From assembly GCA_000146045.2 (NCBI GenBank), contig BK006945.2, positions 512,001 through 576,000 on the forward strand: DNA of 64,000 nt, in the 5' to 3' direction. Positions 47,551-61,211 of this stretch are shown in pieces. Under the pieces are notes generated by a model. It was not told the origin of the DNA, made no database searches, and saw only the letters and a program-made list of their open reading frames with translations. Every line of letters begins with the position of its first letter. The stretch's first letter is position 1. The position numbers and the translations under genes are program-made. The DNA is from TPA_inf: Saccharomyces. Its lineage: Eukaryota.

Positions 47551-48444
47551 ATGGTCGTCATAGCTAATGCGCACAACGAATTAATCCATGACGCTGTTCT
47601 AGACTATTATGGGAAGCGCCTTGCAACCTGCTCTTCTGACAAGACAATCAAGATCTTTGAAGTCGAAGGAGAAACACACAAGTTAATAGACACGTTGACT
47701 GGCCACGAAGGCCCAGTTTGGCGTGTTGATTGGGCACATCCTAAATTCGGAACCATTTTGGCATCGTGTTCTTATGATGGTAAAGTGTTGATTTGGAAGG
47801 AAGAAAACGGTAGATGGTCTCAAATTGCCGTTCATGCTGTCCACTCTGCTTCTGTCAACTCTGTTCAATGGGCTCCTCATGAATATGGCCCCCTACTGCT
47901 GGTTGCTTCCTCTGATGGTAAGGTCTCCGTAGTAGAGTTCAAAGAAAACGGTACTACTTCCCCAATAATCATCGATGCTCATGCCATTGGCGTTAACTCT
48001 GCTTCTTGGGCTCCAGCTACCATCGAAGAAGATGGTGAACACAACGGTACTAAAGAATCTCGCAAGTTTGTTACTGGGGGTGCTGACAATTTGGTAAAGA
48101 TTTGGAAGTACAATTCAGATGCCCAAACTTATGTTCTGGAAAGCACCTTAGAAGGTCACAGCGATTGGGTTAGAGACGTAGCATGGTCACCTACTGTTCT
48201 TCTACGTTCTTATTTGGCCAGTGTTTCTCAAGATCGCACCTGTATTATTTGGACTCAAGACAATGAACAAGGCCCATGGAAAAAAACTTTATTAAAAGAA
48301 GAAAAATTCCCAGATGTTTTATGGAGAGCCAGTTGGTCTTTGTCAGGTAATGTACTAGCTCTTTCCGGTGGCGATAATAAAGTTACTTTATGGAAGGAAA
48401 ATCTTGAGGGTAAATGGGAACCCGCTGGTGAAGTTCATCAGTGA
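47551..48444 (+). CDS. SEC13: Sec13, WD40 component of COPII, the nuclear pore and SEACAT
   Basis: 297 aa. Starts [38 protein letters not shown] (WD repeats). ATG at 47551. Confidence 0.95.
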
Positions 48445-48796
48445 AGAGTATCAAGAATTTAAAATGAAACATCTCAAAAGAAAAAAGAATGCAAATGAGT
48501 CTATCGACGAATTTGAAGGGAAATAAACGCATAATGTACAGTAACGTATAACAATTAAAGATTTGTGGAAGTTTTCAAAAACTTTTCAACTTTTTTCTTT
48601 GTTTTTTTTTTGCAACTTCTTATATTAATATTGTCATAGATATTTCTTATACAAAAACAAGCGAACAAAAATAATCGACGTATATACAATAGATATATAA
48701 GACTGTTTTTCTTCAATAGAACAGGCGAAATTATTCTACCGGCCGAAGGTACATCTTCCCGCTATGTAATAAATAGAGGTATTTAAGTTATAACAA

Positions 48797-49732
48797 TTAT
48801 AATTCCCCCATTACGGCAGCAATTAAGTTTTGCACGTCATTAGAGGCGATTTTACCATTCTCCAGTACTTCAGCGTGAGTCGCTTTGCCTTTTTCTAAGG
48901 GTACAGGTGATTCGTCCAACGCACTGGCAGGGCTATCCACCACGCAAGTATTGGTAATCAAACTTAAGGCCAAAACCCTCCATCCGCAATGTCTTGCAAC
49001 AATGACTTCGGGAACAGTACTCATTCCGACAGCATCTCCTCCCAACATCCTTATCATTTTGGATTCTGCTCTTGTTTCGAAAGTGGGTCCAGATACAAAA
49101 GTATAAGTACCTTCATGCAGTGGCCTTTGAATCTTGAGCTCTTTCCATTTCTTAAATAAAAGCTTCCTCAACTCCAGATCATATGCATCACTCAAGGCTA
49201 AAAAACGAGGTCCATCTTCATCCAAGTTAGGACCTCTCAATGGGTGCTGGCCAGCAAGGCCAGGGATATTTAAATGATCATAAATGCACATCAAATCGCA
49301 GGCTTGATATTTCGCGTTTATACCACCAGCGGCATTAGTGACAATTAAATTACGAACATGACCCATGTGGTTAAGCACTCTAATAGGAAAAGTAGTCTCA
49401 AACAATGTGTTGCCTTCATATCCATGAAGACGACCATTCATTAATACTACTGGTGAACCATTCATAGATCCGAACATTAGTGTACCGGAATGACCTGGAA
49501 CCGTACTTTTCTTGAATCCTGGGATGTCTTGGTATGGGACTGTTACCGGGGGTGGATTGTCTCTAGACAGCTTGGTAGATATTCCACCAAGCCCTGAACC
49601 ACATATAATCAAAGTTCTCGGAGGCTCGAAATTTGTTGTATTTTTGAAATGTGGTTCTAAAATAGCAGAAATATACGCAGCGGCCTTGGTAATTGCTTCA
49701 CGTTGTTGACTTACGTTCAAGATATCACTCAT
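48797..49732 (-). CDS. PNP1: Purine nucleoside phosphorylase
   Basis: 311 aa. PNP/MTAP-family motifs (GSGLGG, SVPGHSG, GMSTVPEV). ATG confirmed (CAT at 49730-49732). Confidence 0.92.
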   Translation of the reverse strand: MSDILNVSQQREAITKAAAYISAILEPHFKNTTNFEPPRTLIICGSGLGGISTKLSRDNPPPVTVPYQDIPGFKKSTVPGHSGTLMFGSMNGSPVVLMNGRLHGYEGNTLFETTFPIRVLNHMGHVRNLIVTNAAGGINAKYQACDLMCIYDHLNIPGLAGQHPLRGPNLDEDGPRFLALSDAYDLELRKLLFKKWKELKIQRPLHEGTYTFVSGPTFETRAESKMIRMLGGDAVGMSTVPEVIVARHCGWRVLALSLITNTCVVDSPASALDESPVPLEKGKATHAEVLENGKIASNDVQNLIAAVMGEL

Positions 49733-50007
49733 CTTTTAAGTTTATTCGGAGTTTCTCATGTGTTCTAGAAGATTAGCAAGATTATCCTAAAGTTATGCCT
49801 GCCCTATCTGCCCTCTGCTTCGAGATTTTCCTTTTCTTTGCGCTTTGTAAACACTGAAACAAAAACAAAAACAATGGAAACATCAGAAAGATATTTATTT
49901 ATTGTGGCCGCATAAAGTTTTAATTCTTTGATAATTAACGTCGTATTTGGGAAACTGCTTACTATACCGGATACTAGGCTGCCCTGATCAAACAAGGAAA
50001 TTGACAG

Positions 50008-51390
50008 ATGATGCTTGAAGGGTATACGGTACAACCTCCACAGTCTACTTTGATAGGTGACATTGAAATTCAGGACGAAAATGCAAACCAAGAAGTTAAG
50101 AACGTACTTTACCAAGGAGTTCAAAAGGGTATAAAAAGGCTAGAAAAAAGACAAAGGAGGGTTGCATTAGGTGATGTAACCTCTCAAAAGGCAAACAAAA
50201 TACACAATGCTATACATAATAAATTCCATCAGACGAAGAACAATTTTGAAATAGAGAACATACGCTCATCGGCCTTGGTAAAAGAACAACAACGAGACGT
50301 AAGGCATGAAGATAGCGACTATTTTTTAATTGATAGTTCTGAAGGCTCTTCTACTGATGACGAACAAGTTAATGAAGATGCTATTGATGATTTGTTAAGT
50401 CGAAGAGTAAATGATCAGCAGATTCAAGCCGATGAAGTGTATGAAGATTTCGATGGAGAAATGCAAGATGTCATTGAAGAGGATGTTGATAGTCAAATTG
50501 AACCACTATCACCAATAAACAACGATGAAATTCAGACTGAGCTGGACAGGGCGTTTGAAAAATATTTTCGGTCGGTTCCCAATCCGCTGGATGATGATAC
50601 CCATGATGTTGTGATGGTTGTGGAGTACGCTTCCGACATATTCTATTACTTGAGAGAACTTGAAGTGAAATATAGGCCTAATCCCTACTATATGCAAAAT
50701 CAAGTAGAGCTTACATGGCCGTTCAGACGAACTATGATAGATTGGCTAGTTCAACTGCATTTTAGATTTCAACTTTTACCAGAAACGCTATACCTGACGA
50801 TTAATATAGTGGATAGATTTCTGTCAAAGAAGACCGTTACTTTGAACAGGTTTCAATTGGTTGGTGTATCGGCTTTATTTATTGCTGCCAAGTTTGAAGA
50901 GATTAACTGCCCCACTTTGGATGATCTAGTTTACATGCTGGAAAATACATACACTAGAGATGACATTATTAGAGCGGAACAGTATATGATAGATACTCTG
51001 GAATTTGAAATAGGTTGGCCAGGACCCATGCCATTTTTAAGAAGGATAAGTAAAGCAGATGACTATGACTTCGAACCAAGAACATTAGCAAAGTACTTAT
51101 TGGAAACTACAATAGTAGAACCCAAACTAGTGGCTGCGGCACCAAGCTGGTTAGCTGCTGGCGCGTATTTTCTGAGCAGAACAATTCTTGGTTCAAATGA
51201 TTGGTCTTTAAAACATGTATTCTACTCTGGCTATACATCCAGCCAAATAATTCCTTTAGCATCACTGATATTGGAGAATTGCAAGAACGCATCTCGACGC
51301 CATCATTCAATTTGGAAAAAATACTTTGACCAAAAGCATTACCGCTGTTCTCAAATTGTAGAAGAATGGATTGTTTCGACAGAAGCCTAA
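50008..51390 (+). CDS. CLB4: Clb4, B-type cyclin
   Basis: 460 aa. Starts MMLEGYTVQPPQSTLIGDIEIQDENANQE. Destruction-box-like RVALGDVTS. Cyclin box (MRTILIDWLVQLH -> here RRTMIDWLVQLHFRFQLLPETLYLTINIVDRFL). ATG at 50008. Confidence 0.93.
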   Translation: MMLEGYTVQPPQSTLIGDIEIQDENANQEVKNVLYQGVQKGIKRLEKRQRRVALGDVTSQKANKIHNAIHNKFHQTKNNFEIENIRSSALVKEQQRDVRHEDSDYFLIDSSEGSSTDDEQVNEDAIDDLLSRRVNDQQIQADEVYEDFDGEMQDVIEEDVDSQIEPLSPINNDEIQTELDRAFEKYFRSVPNPLDDDTHDVVMVVEYASDIFYYLRELEVKYRPNPYYMQNQVELTWPFRRTMIDWLVQLHFRFQLLPETLYLTINIVDRFLSKKTVTLNRFQLVGVSALFIAAKFEEINCPTLDDLVYMLENTYTRDDIIRAEQYMIDTLEFEIGWPGPMPFLRRISKADDYDFEPRTLAKYLLETTIVEPKLVAAAPSWLAAGAYFLSRTILGSNDWSLKHVFYSGYTSSQIIPLASLILENCKNASRRHHSIWKKYFDQKHYRCSQIVEEWIVSTEA

Positions 51391-51476
51391 CTTACTCATC
51401 TTAACACCATTTGCTTCAGTTTTGGTTTCGGAAGGATCATATTTCATTTATTCAGGTAGAAGATATATATCATATT

Positions 51477-51540
51477 ACACACACACACACACACACACAT
51501 ACACATATACACACATATATATATATATAGATATATATAT
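51477..51540. repeat. Compound (AC)11 ... (AT)n microsatellite between the convergent CLB4 and ATG38 3' ends
   Basis: acacacacacacacacacacacatacacatatacacacatatatatatatatagatatatatat. Confidence 0.9.
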
Positions 51541-51791
51541 GAATGCATCCTTGATTCCGTTTCAGTTAACACCCCGATGGTCCACCCAAGTTTATATCAT
51601 CCTCTTTTTGACCGAATCTTTATTTGACAATCTTCAAGCAGCCTCAGGGCAAAATTCAATTCTGGAGGGTTTGATATATGTGCCCTATGCCTCCAGGTAA
51701 GCGGCATTCGCAGTAGAAGAGCAGCAATCACATACTCCAACTAAGTTAAAAGACGATACTTCGTATCTTGAAAAGAAATTACCTTATTCGT

Positions 51792-52531
51792 CTAGTTTTT
51801 TTGCTTATCCCTTCTTTGCTTCGCACTTTCTACTAAGCTGTCCCAGCGTTCTCTTAATCGCCCAATTTCATTAGCCAATTTTTTATTTTCTTTCGTAATT
51901 TCGTCAATTTTCATACCATATTCTTTAAATTTTTTCTGCTCATATAATACCAACTCCTTTTTGAATTGTTCCAGTCTTAAGTTAATCTTCATTTCCGAGT
52001 TTTTGGAATTTTTTCCTCCTTCTGTTTTCAATTGAATATCATTATTCAAATTAAATTGTAAGCGGTTTAAAATTGACATAAGAAGTGGATCGTTTATGGG
52101 ACTTAAAGTGTCCTGATATGCTGGGTTATCCCAATTCCTAGCATTGCTTATTCCATTTATCGGAGATTTGTTGTTTAAAATAACAGAGCCAATAAGCATA
52201 TTGTTGTTGACCATTCCAATATTATTTTCTTCTGATGACTGCTTTTCAATCAAAAGTTCCAATTCTTGGATTTTGGCTGTAATGTCCTGTTTTAATAGGT
52301 CAATGGCTTGCGTAACGTCAGAACTTAATTTATTTTGAGACAAATTCTCGTTCTGCGGACCTAAAACTTCAATGGCTTCTTGATACTTCGCTTTTGCATT
52401 TGTAAAATCTCCTTTTCGACATTCCTGTTCGGCGTCCTCAATAATAGTATAAACCTAATTCATGTTAGTCACCATGAACAAAAAAAAAGTGGGGGCATAA
52501 TTCAAAAACTTACTTCCGCTAAAGTACTCAT
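51792..52531 (-). CDS. ATG38: Atg38 (YLR211C), PI3K complex I subunit, spliced: exon 1 52514..52531, exon 2 51792..52454
   Basis: The minus strand has ATGAGTACTTTAGCGGAA, then GTAAGT...GTGACTAACATGAATTAG, then GTTTATACTATT... The splice product reads MSTLAE|VYTIIEDAEQECRKGDFTNAKAKYQEAIEVLGPQNENLSQNKLSS..., continuous with the track ORF (183 aa, an internal Met), giving 226 aa in total. Confidence 0.85.
52455..52513 (-). other. ATG38: ATG38 intron (59 nt): GTAAGT donor (non-consensus for yeast), GACTAAC branch, TAG acceptor 10 nt downstream
   Basis: Read directly on the minus strand. Confidence 0.8.
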
Positions 52532-52859
52532 TCCATCACCAAGATTAGTATAACTGTCGTTGAATTATCGAACTAATCCGTGCAGCGATACAGATGTTTT
52601 TTATTTCAAACAGAGCGTTCCATTACGCTGAGTTGAATCATCTGGTTTTTCTACCCTTTAGGAAATTCTAAAGTTGAAGAGGCGCTATCGATGTATGCAA
52701 TGATGAAAAAGTGGTACAGAGCTTTATACATATTACAATACAGTGCAGAATTTATAAAGGGAGATAATACATTTGAAGCGGTTGTTGGTATAGATATATT
52801 GAGAGTACTATAATAAAACTATTGGGCGGTGGTAAAATTCCTGAACAAGGAAGGCATCA

Positions 52860-54281
52860 TTATACTAATTTATGATCACCGTCGGCATCCAGGTCCTCTT
52901 CCAACTCGCCAACCATATTTTCATCATCAACAAGTACATCGTCCAAGTACGAATCTTGTTCTGCAGCTACATAATCCTCCATCAGGCTTTGTACTACTTC
53001 TCTTGACTCGGCGAATTCATCTTGAACGTTCTGCATTGATTGGAACAAGTCGCCTACATTATAATTATTTAAAAATGCGCCCTTGGCAAATACTTTGTCA
53101 AAAGTATTGCACGCATTCTCAAAGACGTTCACCACGGTAGACATATTGCTTAACATCATGCCGCTAACTTCGTTTTCATTTGGTTGTAAAGGCAAGTATG
53201 GCGATCTTCTTCCAATGTTAACGTGCATCGCAGAAGAGGACCATGAGGGGAATTTGATGCGTTGTTGTAATTTGGTCATAGCACGCGATATCTGACGAGG
53301 TTCTACATTACCAATGATTGTATTATAAACGTTAAAATATGTTGGATTGTTCATCGCGGTAGAGACAAGAGAATTGGAAGGGTCTAATAAATCTAACATG
53401 ACGTCATAACTGGAATGGCCTTTATGCGCTATATCATCGTGAATATAATCTGATGTAAATGGAGTGAAACTAGGGCTTAGGAAATGAAGTTCAGGAGAAG
53501 GAATCAAGGTAGAGTAAATACTGGACATGGATGAATACATGTAACTCGGAAACCGTATACTGTTCGTTACTGAAGATATTATGGTCGATATCAATTGATT
53601 CGTGTGTTGTAAATCGATGTTCGGATTTCTAAACACTTTACCGGAAATATTCAGCAACGAAGCGTTATCAAACACCACCGTTGCATCGCTATCTTCTATC
53701 AGTCTTCTCAAAGCCAGAATAGTGTTATAAGATTGAACAACAACCTCAGAAGATCTTGCAGGGAACACAGAATATGTCGTGAGTATTTTTTTAGGATATC
53801 GATCACACAGCGCTTCTAAGAGGTTGGATCCGAGCCCTGAACCGGTCCCTCCGGCTACTGAGTGCAGCAACTGGAAACCTTCGAAATTGTCGGTAGAATC
53901 AATCTCCTTGTCGATCTTGTTAAGAATATCATCCTGGTTACGAGTTCCTATATCATACCCATTGGCCCAAGAATTACCAGCGCTAGCGCCATCAGAAGCT
54001 ACCCAGGTATTTCTTGGGTCGAAAAACCCACGAAATGTGTTCTCCACGTCGGCGATGACACTAGGCTCGGAATCCATCATAATAGCCCTTGGCGTAAACT
54101 TATTCCTACTGTTTTCGCGGAAGAAAGGCTTTGTGTCATCATCTCTTTCCGTACTGGAATCAGGAAGCTGAGATAGCCCATCGGTGCCTATAGCGTGTTC
54201 TTTCGCCAATTGAGACCAGAGAAACTTACCAACGTGGTTCCCGCATTGACCTGCTTGCAAAGTAATAATTTCTCCACCCAT
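52860..54281 (-). CDS. TUB4: Gamma-tubulin
   Basis: 473 aa. Starts MGGEIITLQAGQCGNHVGKFLWSQL. Tubulin GTP-binding motif GGTGSG. ATG confirmed (CAT at 54279-54281). Confidence 0.95.
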   Translation of the reverse strand: MGGEIITLQAGQCGNHVGKFLWSQLAKEHAIGTDGLSQLPDSSTERDDDTKPFFRENSRNKFTPRAIMMDSEPSVIADVENTFRGFFDPRNTWVASDGASAGNSWANGYDIGTRNQDDILNKIDKEIDSTDNFEGFQLLHSVAGGTGSGLGSNLLEALCDRYPKKILTTYSVFPARSSEVVVQSYNTILALRRLIEDSDATVVFDNASLLNISGKVFRNPNIDLQHTNQLISTIISSVTNSIRFPSYMYSSMSSIYSTLIPSPELHFLSPSFTPFTSDYIHDDIAHKGHSSYDVMLDLLDPSNSLVSTAMNNPTYFNVYNTIIGNVEPRQISRAMTKLQQRIKFPSWSSSAMHVNIGRRSPYLPLQPNENEVSGMMLSNMSTVVNVFENACNTFDKVFAKGAFLNNYNVGDLFQSMQNVQDEFAESREVVQSLMEDYVAAEQDSYLDDVLVDDENMVGELEEDLDADGDHKLV

Positions 54282-54653
54282 AGATAGTTATATGTTGAAT
54301 TCTTATACATGTGACTAACCGATATTACGCATTTGTTCATTTCGCAGCTACTGTTACGATTATTATTTATTACATTTAATGAAATTTCCCAAAAGATAAT
54401 ATTAACGCGTTCTGTTACCCGGTGATATTTTCTGAATGTCAGGGTAACAAAGAGAGAACGTTATAATGGGAGAATAGTAAATATTTGCTTTAGGAAATTA
54501 GTAATAATTGCAATGCGGAAAATAGGTGCATTTTGTGTTTCTTGAAAGGTTTGAACTAAAGAATGTATACATATATATTAGAGCGTGCCTTCATGCAGGG
54601 AATTAGAGGATCCGTTACGGAAGAGAGAACTTCGTAAGACATTATTGCTGTGA

Positions 54654-55922
54654 CTATTTTGACCGTTTCCAAGAACTCAACCAGTCATTTATCTTTGGAG
54701 TAACAAAGCAGTCCCATTTGAGAGACCCCTCATCATGATGATTCAGTCTGTCTTGCCTGTTATACGAAACGACTACTCTTGACAAATCTTTTTGGGAAAA
54801 GGTTGGTGCCTTTTTCTTTGCCTTTATACAAAACTGCACTTGTTCTGTGAATTTATTTTGGTACGGCGTTACGGTGATTTGTTCAACATGCGCCGTAAAT
54901 TGGCCCTTTTCGATAATATCGGGTGAATTTTCCCAATCTATGAGGCCACCTGCCCAGTTTATTGTACCGGGTCCGTTGGTTTCCGAGCCGCCTGGCCAAA
55001 CAGCGATTTCTAGTCTCATCGGCGTTTGTGGGTACCTATATTCTTTACTAATGGGGTCCCAGGTATCCTTCTTCAGGACTGTGCGAGCTATTTTACCATC
55101 AACATACCATATTATCCTATCCGGGTCCCAATCAATCTCATAAGTGTGGTAAGTGGCCCAAGTGTCAGCGCCTACGGGAAATCTTTGCATTCTTGTGTAA
55201 TCCAAATGCCCTTGAGAATAGTAGTTTGATTGGGCCGTCATTAAATCACCACCCAGCCACTCAAAATCAATCTCGTCCCCAATTGCGGATGTTAAGTCAA
55301 ATGCAGTCACCACACCCCTCGACCTCGCCGTTTTCATTCGCACGCTTGCCTTGCCGTATAGAAACGACCTGGTCGATGTGATCAAACTTCCGGTAGTTTT
55401 TTTTGGCATAGCCAGAACAATATTCCCGCTACTCGCTTCAATTGATGTGTAGCCGCTATGTGTGAAATCGAAATCTTCCAACATTTTCTCTGCCTCTTTA
55501 CTGTCTGGAGTGACCAAGAATTTGGCGTAGTGTATGATTCTCTTGGAATTTAGCTCCCCTTCTACTACACCCACCTTGGTATTTGCCTTATTCGGTCCAT
55601 TTCCCTCTCTTATTGGTGGCTTAGGTTGATAGTTCACAATAAATTTAGGAACCTTTGGTGTGCTAACAAATTCAAGTTTTTGACTGGCGACTAATGCAGG
55701 TATAGGAGCACAGCTTTCCTCGTCGAAAGATGACCTCACGTTGCAGCCACCGACACATATCGGTCCAGCGCCACATTCATTATACGGCGAGCAGCACGGC
55801 CATTCTGCGGGACAAGGGTTATTTGGAGAACAAGAAATGGAGTTTTTGGGTTTGTATAATTCTCCCAGTGCAAATCCGATGTAGCCAACAACCGGCACCA
55901 GCTGTAATATTGATATTCTCAT
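54654..55922 (-). CDS. CRR1: Crr1, secreted GH16 (Crh-like) transglycosylase of the spore wall
   Basis: 422 aa. Signal peptide MRISILQLVPVVGYIGFALG. Cys-rich module. GH16 catalytic motif DEIDFEW. ATG confirmed (CAT at 55920-55922). Confidence 0.9.
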   Translation of the reverse strand: MRISILQLVPVVGYIGFALGELYKPKNSISCSPNNPCPAEWPCCSPYNECGAGPICVGGCNVRSSFDEESCAPIPALVASQKLEFVSTPKVPKFIVNYQPKPPIREGNGPNKANTKVGVVEGELNSKRIIHYAKFLVTPDSKEAEKMLEDFDFTHSGYTSIEASSGNIVLAMPKKTTGSLITSTRSFLYGKASVRMKTARSRGVVTAFDLTSAIGDEIDFEWLGGDLMTAQSNYYSQGHLDYTRMQRFPVGADTWATYHTYEIDWDPDRIIWYVDGKIARTVLKKDTWDPISKEYRYPQTPMRLEIAVWPGGSETNGPGTINWAGGLIDWENSPDIIEKGQFTAHVEQITVTPYQNKFTEQVQFCIKAKKKAPTFSQKDLSRVVVSYNRQDRLNHHDEGSLKWDCFVTPKINDWLSSWKRSK

Positions 55923-56280
55923 ATTTTTATTTCGTGCAAAAGCCCTTGATGATACTCTAAACTAAACGACTGTTCTTGTATTTCGTTATTAATCGATAAT
56001 TATTAGCTGGTATTGTCTTTTTTTTTTTTTTCCTACATGATCGTCGCGAGGCTTTACATAATTTTTGTGACGCCTTTAAAAGTATAGTAGAACGAGCACA
56101 TAAGAAGTAAATGAAAAGTACGGCAGATGCAATTGACAGTAAAGAGCGGTACAATAGTTGAAGAATACCCGATAAAAATGTATTTAGGTTGCTTGACGGG
56201 TTTGCAGCAATTGCCAAGAACACTAACTGTGGCAATCTTGGTGAGAATCTACTCCCAACCCAAACATTTTCGCCGATATT

Positions 56281-56351
56281 TTTGCTCACCTTTTTTTTTT
56301 GCTCATCGAAAATTGTTATAGCGGCTCGACTTTGATTTACTAATACACCCA
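56281..56351 (+). promoter_or_regulatory. FRE1: Two Mac1 copper-response elements TTTGCTCA (56281-56288, 56298-56305) and an Aft1-type RCACCC element (TACACCCA, 56344-56351) in the FRE1 promoter
   Basis: Exact CuRE consensus TTTGC(T/G)C(A/G) twice, separated by a T10 tract, 260-285 bp upstream of the FRE1 ATG. Confidence 0.65.
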
Positions 56352-56515
56352 ATTTCTAATATCCTCAAGGCTAGATCGTTCTCTCAAGGAACTTAAAGTG
56401 CCTGATCTTGCGATGATTAATCTACAGCGATGGATACTTAAATCATGTAAAAATCTCAGTTTTGAAGTCGTTTGCTCTCTTCCATGCTTCAGTTCCCTTT
56501 TGGAAGGTAATATAA

Positions 56516-58627
<2,112 letters not shown>

Positions 58628-58775
58628 GGCCCCTTGTTAATAATTCTTGCACGCATACTTTTGTTATTTTGTTGCTTTATCGGATAAAAGTTAATATAAA
58701 TCGATGTAAATAATTTTATATAATCATACAACAGGGTAATAAAAAGACGAATATATTCAAATGCGGGTTCTAAAT

Positions 58776-59858
58776 CTAAGTTTCATTCTCACTATCACTG
58801 CTTTCTTCCTTTGCCTGTTGAGAGAGTAGTTCTTTCCATTTTTGAGTGAGCTCTCGGATTGCTTCAGGATTTAAACTAGCTTCTACGAGATCCTGTGGAA
58901 CATGATTTTCGGAGTGCTCTTTTGAAGCGAATCTCCCCGTGTTATGCCTCGTCACTAACCTTAATTCATAATCTTCAACATCATTCTTCGGAGGTGCTAT
59001 CGCAGCAATCTCGTTCCATGAAAATAGCAAAGAATCTGTCTTCCTGGCAAACGGATTTATATCAACAATGAAGATTTTATTGAAAGGTCTTGGAATATAA
59101 ACGTCAAGAACGAAACTTTTATCAGGAAACTTGGGCAGGACGACATCATGAACTATTTCATCAATAAGGTCCTTGAAGGTATCTGACAACTCATCTAAAT
59201 AGTCATAATAATTTAAATCACGCTGGGTGGCCCCAACGATATGCGCATTCTTAACGAAGACCCTAAATTCGAGTGCCGGATTCATATCACACCATTGTCT
59301 AAGTACCAAGTCAAATTTCAATCCTTTTATATCATCCCCGTCCACGCAGCCTTTAAATGCTCTTTGAAGGTCATGCATTATGTAATTGGATGCGTTCAAC
59401 AATAGGTAAAGCTCATTTACCTCGTTACACTTCATAGTGTTATTCGGCAAAATCCAGGTAGCGTCTCTTGGTGCAGACCAGTTTAACTTGGGAGCCACTG
59501 CACCTAATTCGTTCAAAGCATCCTTTAATTTCTGGTGTAATTCTGGAAAATCTATCAATGGCTCAACTTCTTGGACAAATTCGGTGGCGGTATCCTCATC
59601 GTCCTCCCAATCACTATAGTCATTATCTTCATTTCTTATTATTTCCTCGGTGTACACAGACCTGGAGTTTTCCTCTTGGGGTAGCTTGATACCGTCTTGT
59701 TCCAAATATTGAATAAATTTTTTCGGTAAGGATTTTAACACTATGGATTTTGGCACATATTTGGGATACAGTGAGGACCAAAACGAGTAAGAACAGTGTT
59801 CAACCTGCGCTCTTGTCACTGGTATATCTATAAAAGTTGTATATTCTTGTGAGGACAT
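58776..59858 (-). CDS. CDC123: Cdc123, eIF2 assembly factor (ATP-grasp-like)
   Basis: 360 aa from ATG (CAT at 59856-59858): MSSQEYTTFIDIPVTRAQVEHCSYSFWS. The track ORF (372 aa) begins at an upstream GTG. Confidence 0.9.
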   Translation of the reverse strand: MSSQEYTTFIDIPVTRAQVEHCSYSFWSSLYPKYVPKSIVLKSLPKKFIQYLEQDGIKLPQEENSRSVYTEEIIRNEDNDYSDWEDDEDTATEFVQEVEPLIDFPELHQKLKDALNELGAVAPKLNWSAPRDATWILPNNTMKCNEVNELYLLLNASNYIMHDLQRAFKGCVDGDDIKGLKFDLVLRQWCDMNPALEFRVFVKNAHIVGATQRDLNYYDYLDELSDTFKDLIDEIVHDVVLPKFPDKSFVLDVYIPRPFNKIFIVDINPFARKTDSLLFSWNEIAAIAPPKNDVEDYELRLVTRHNTGRFASKEHSENHVPQDLVEASLNPEAIRELTQKWKELLSQQAKEESSDSENET

Positions 59859-60095
59859 CAATAAGTAATTTATGTCAGCGCTTTTTGGACGCACGTTTTA
59901 GTTTCACTGGTGGAGTTACGGTATCATTAGCTTCTTAATCTTCCCACTGCATAAATGGACATCGGAAAATATCCGCTTATTATGCCTGAAAAAATAATTT
60001 TTTTAACAGAGTTTTCTACGTACTTTTTACTTAACTACTGAGGCAGCGCAACTGTTTAGTATTTAAACATATAAGCATATATATAATGCAAGTAA

Positions 60096-61211
60096 TCAGG
60101 AGAACATCTTCGAAAGAGACTTTTTAGCTTTTTCGTTTTGTTGCTTTCTTTTTAATTTAGTATTATGAATAGCTTTCAAAATGGCAGCGTCATTTGGCTG
60201 GAAAGTAGTGGCCATTTCTAGGTCATTGAGAGCCATATCTGTGTCATTAACATGGTAATAGGCCAGGCCACGACGGTACAAAGCTTTGGCCTTGGCTTTT
60301 TCGTCAGCCGCTTCGGCATATAACACCTCCGATGAGGCTACTAATACTTGCTTGTAATCTTTTAATTTAAGAGCACAGATGGCAATATTCAATGGAATAG
60401 ACACTTTCAATTGATTGATTTTTTCAATTTGTTCCTTCTCCAAATCTTCTGGGAAATACTCTTTCAAGAATTTATCACATTTGACATATTTTTCTAAAGC
60501 CACGGAATAGTTCTGTTTCTTGAACTGTTCAGTACCAATGTTCTTTACCGTTTCGATAGCTTTCAAGACGGTGTCGAAATTCTTCAAGTCAACTTTTTCG
60601 TCTTGTTTTAAAACATCTTCATAATTATCGCCGTACTCATCTGTTGGTGTAGCTTCGGCATTCTCTGGCACTTGATAATCGTCAGGTAACACGCCACAGT
60701 CATCAATCTTTACATCACGCAATGGCTTGTTGTTTTCTTGGTCACATTGTTGGTTTTCAATCAAACGAACAATTCTTTTACCTTGAATCACTTCACCAAA
60801 CACAACGTGCTTCCCGTCCAAATGAGGTGTAGGAACACAGGTTATGAAAGCTTGAGATCCATTGGTATTTGGACCGGCGTTGGCCATGGATAGAAGGAAT
60901 GGTTTATCATGTTTAACAGTGAAATTTTCATCCTCGAATTTTTCATCGTATATGCTCTCACCGCCAGTACCATTAAAATTGGTAAAATCACCAAATTGAC
61001 ACATGAAGTCTTTGATCACTCTGTGGAAAATGGAACCCTTGTACGACAATGGTACATCAGGTTTAGTCTTTGCCATACCAGCATTTCCTTCACACAACTT
61101 CAAAAAATTTTCAGCCGTTTTAGGCACTATGTCATTGTACAACTCAAAAACTATACGGCCTTGGGGTTTACCTCCAATAGAAATATCAAAAAAAGTTTTA
61201 GGTCTAGTCAT
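60096..61211 (-). CDS. CPR6: Cpr6, cyclophilin-40-type peptidyl-prolyl isomerase with a TPR domain (Hsp90 co-chaperone)
   Basis: 371 aa. Cyclophilin domain ([40 protein letters not shown]-like, HVVFGEV). C-terminal TPR. ATG confirmed (CAT at 61209-61211). Confidence 0.93.
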   Translation of the reverse strand: MTRPKTFFDISIGGKPQGRIVFELYNDIVPKTAENFLKLCEGNAGMAKTKPDVPLSYKGSIFHRVIKDFMCQFGDFTNFNGTGGESIYDEKFEDENFTVKHDKPFLLSMANAGPNTNGSQAFITCVPTPHLDGKHVVFGEVIQGKRIVRLIENQQCDQENNKPLRDVKIDDCGVLPDDYQVPENAEATPTDEYGDNYEDVLKQDEKVDLKNFDTVLKAIETVKNIGTEQFKKQNYSVALEKYVKCDKFLKEYFPEDLEKEQIEKINQLKVSIPLNIAICALKLKDYKQVLVASSEVLYAEAADEKAKAKALYRRGLAYYHVNDTDMALNDLEMATTFQPNDAAILKAIHNTKLKRKQQNEKAKKSLSKMFS

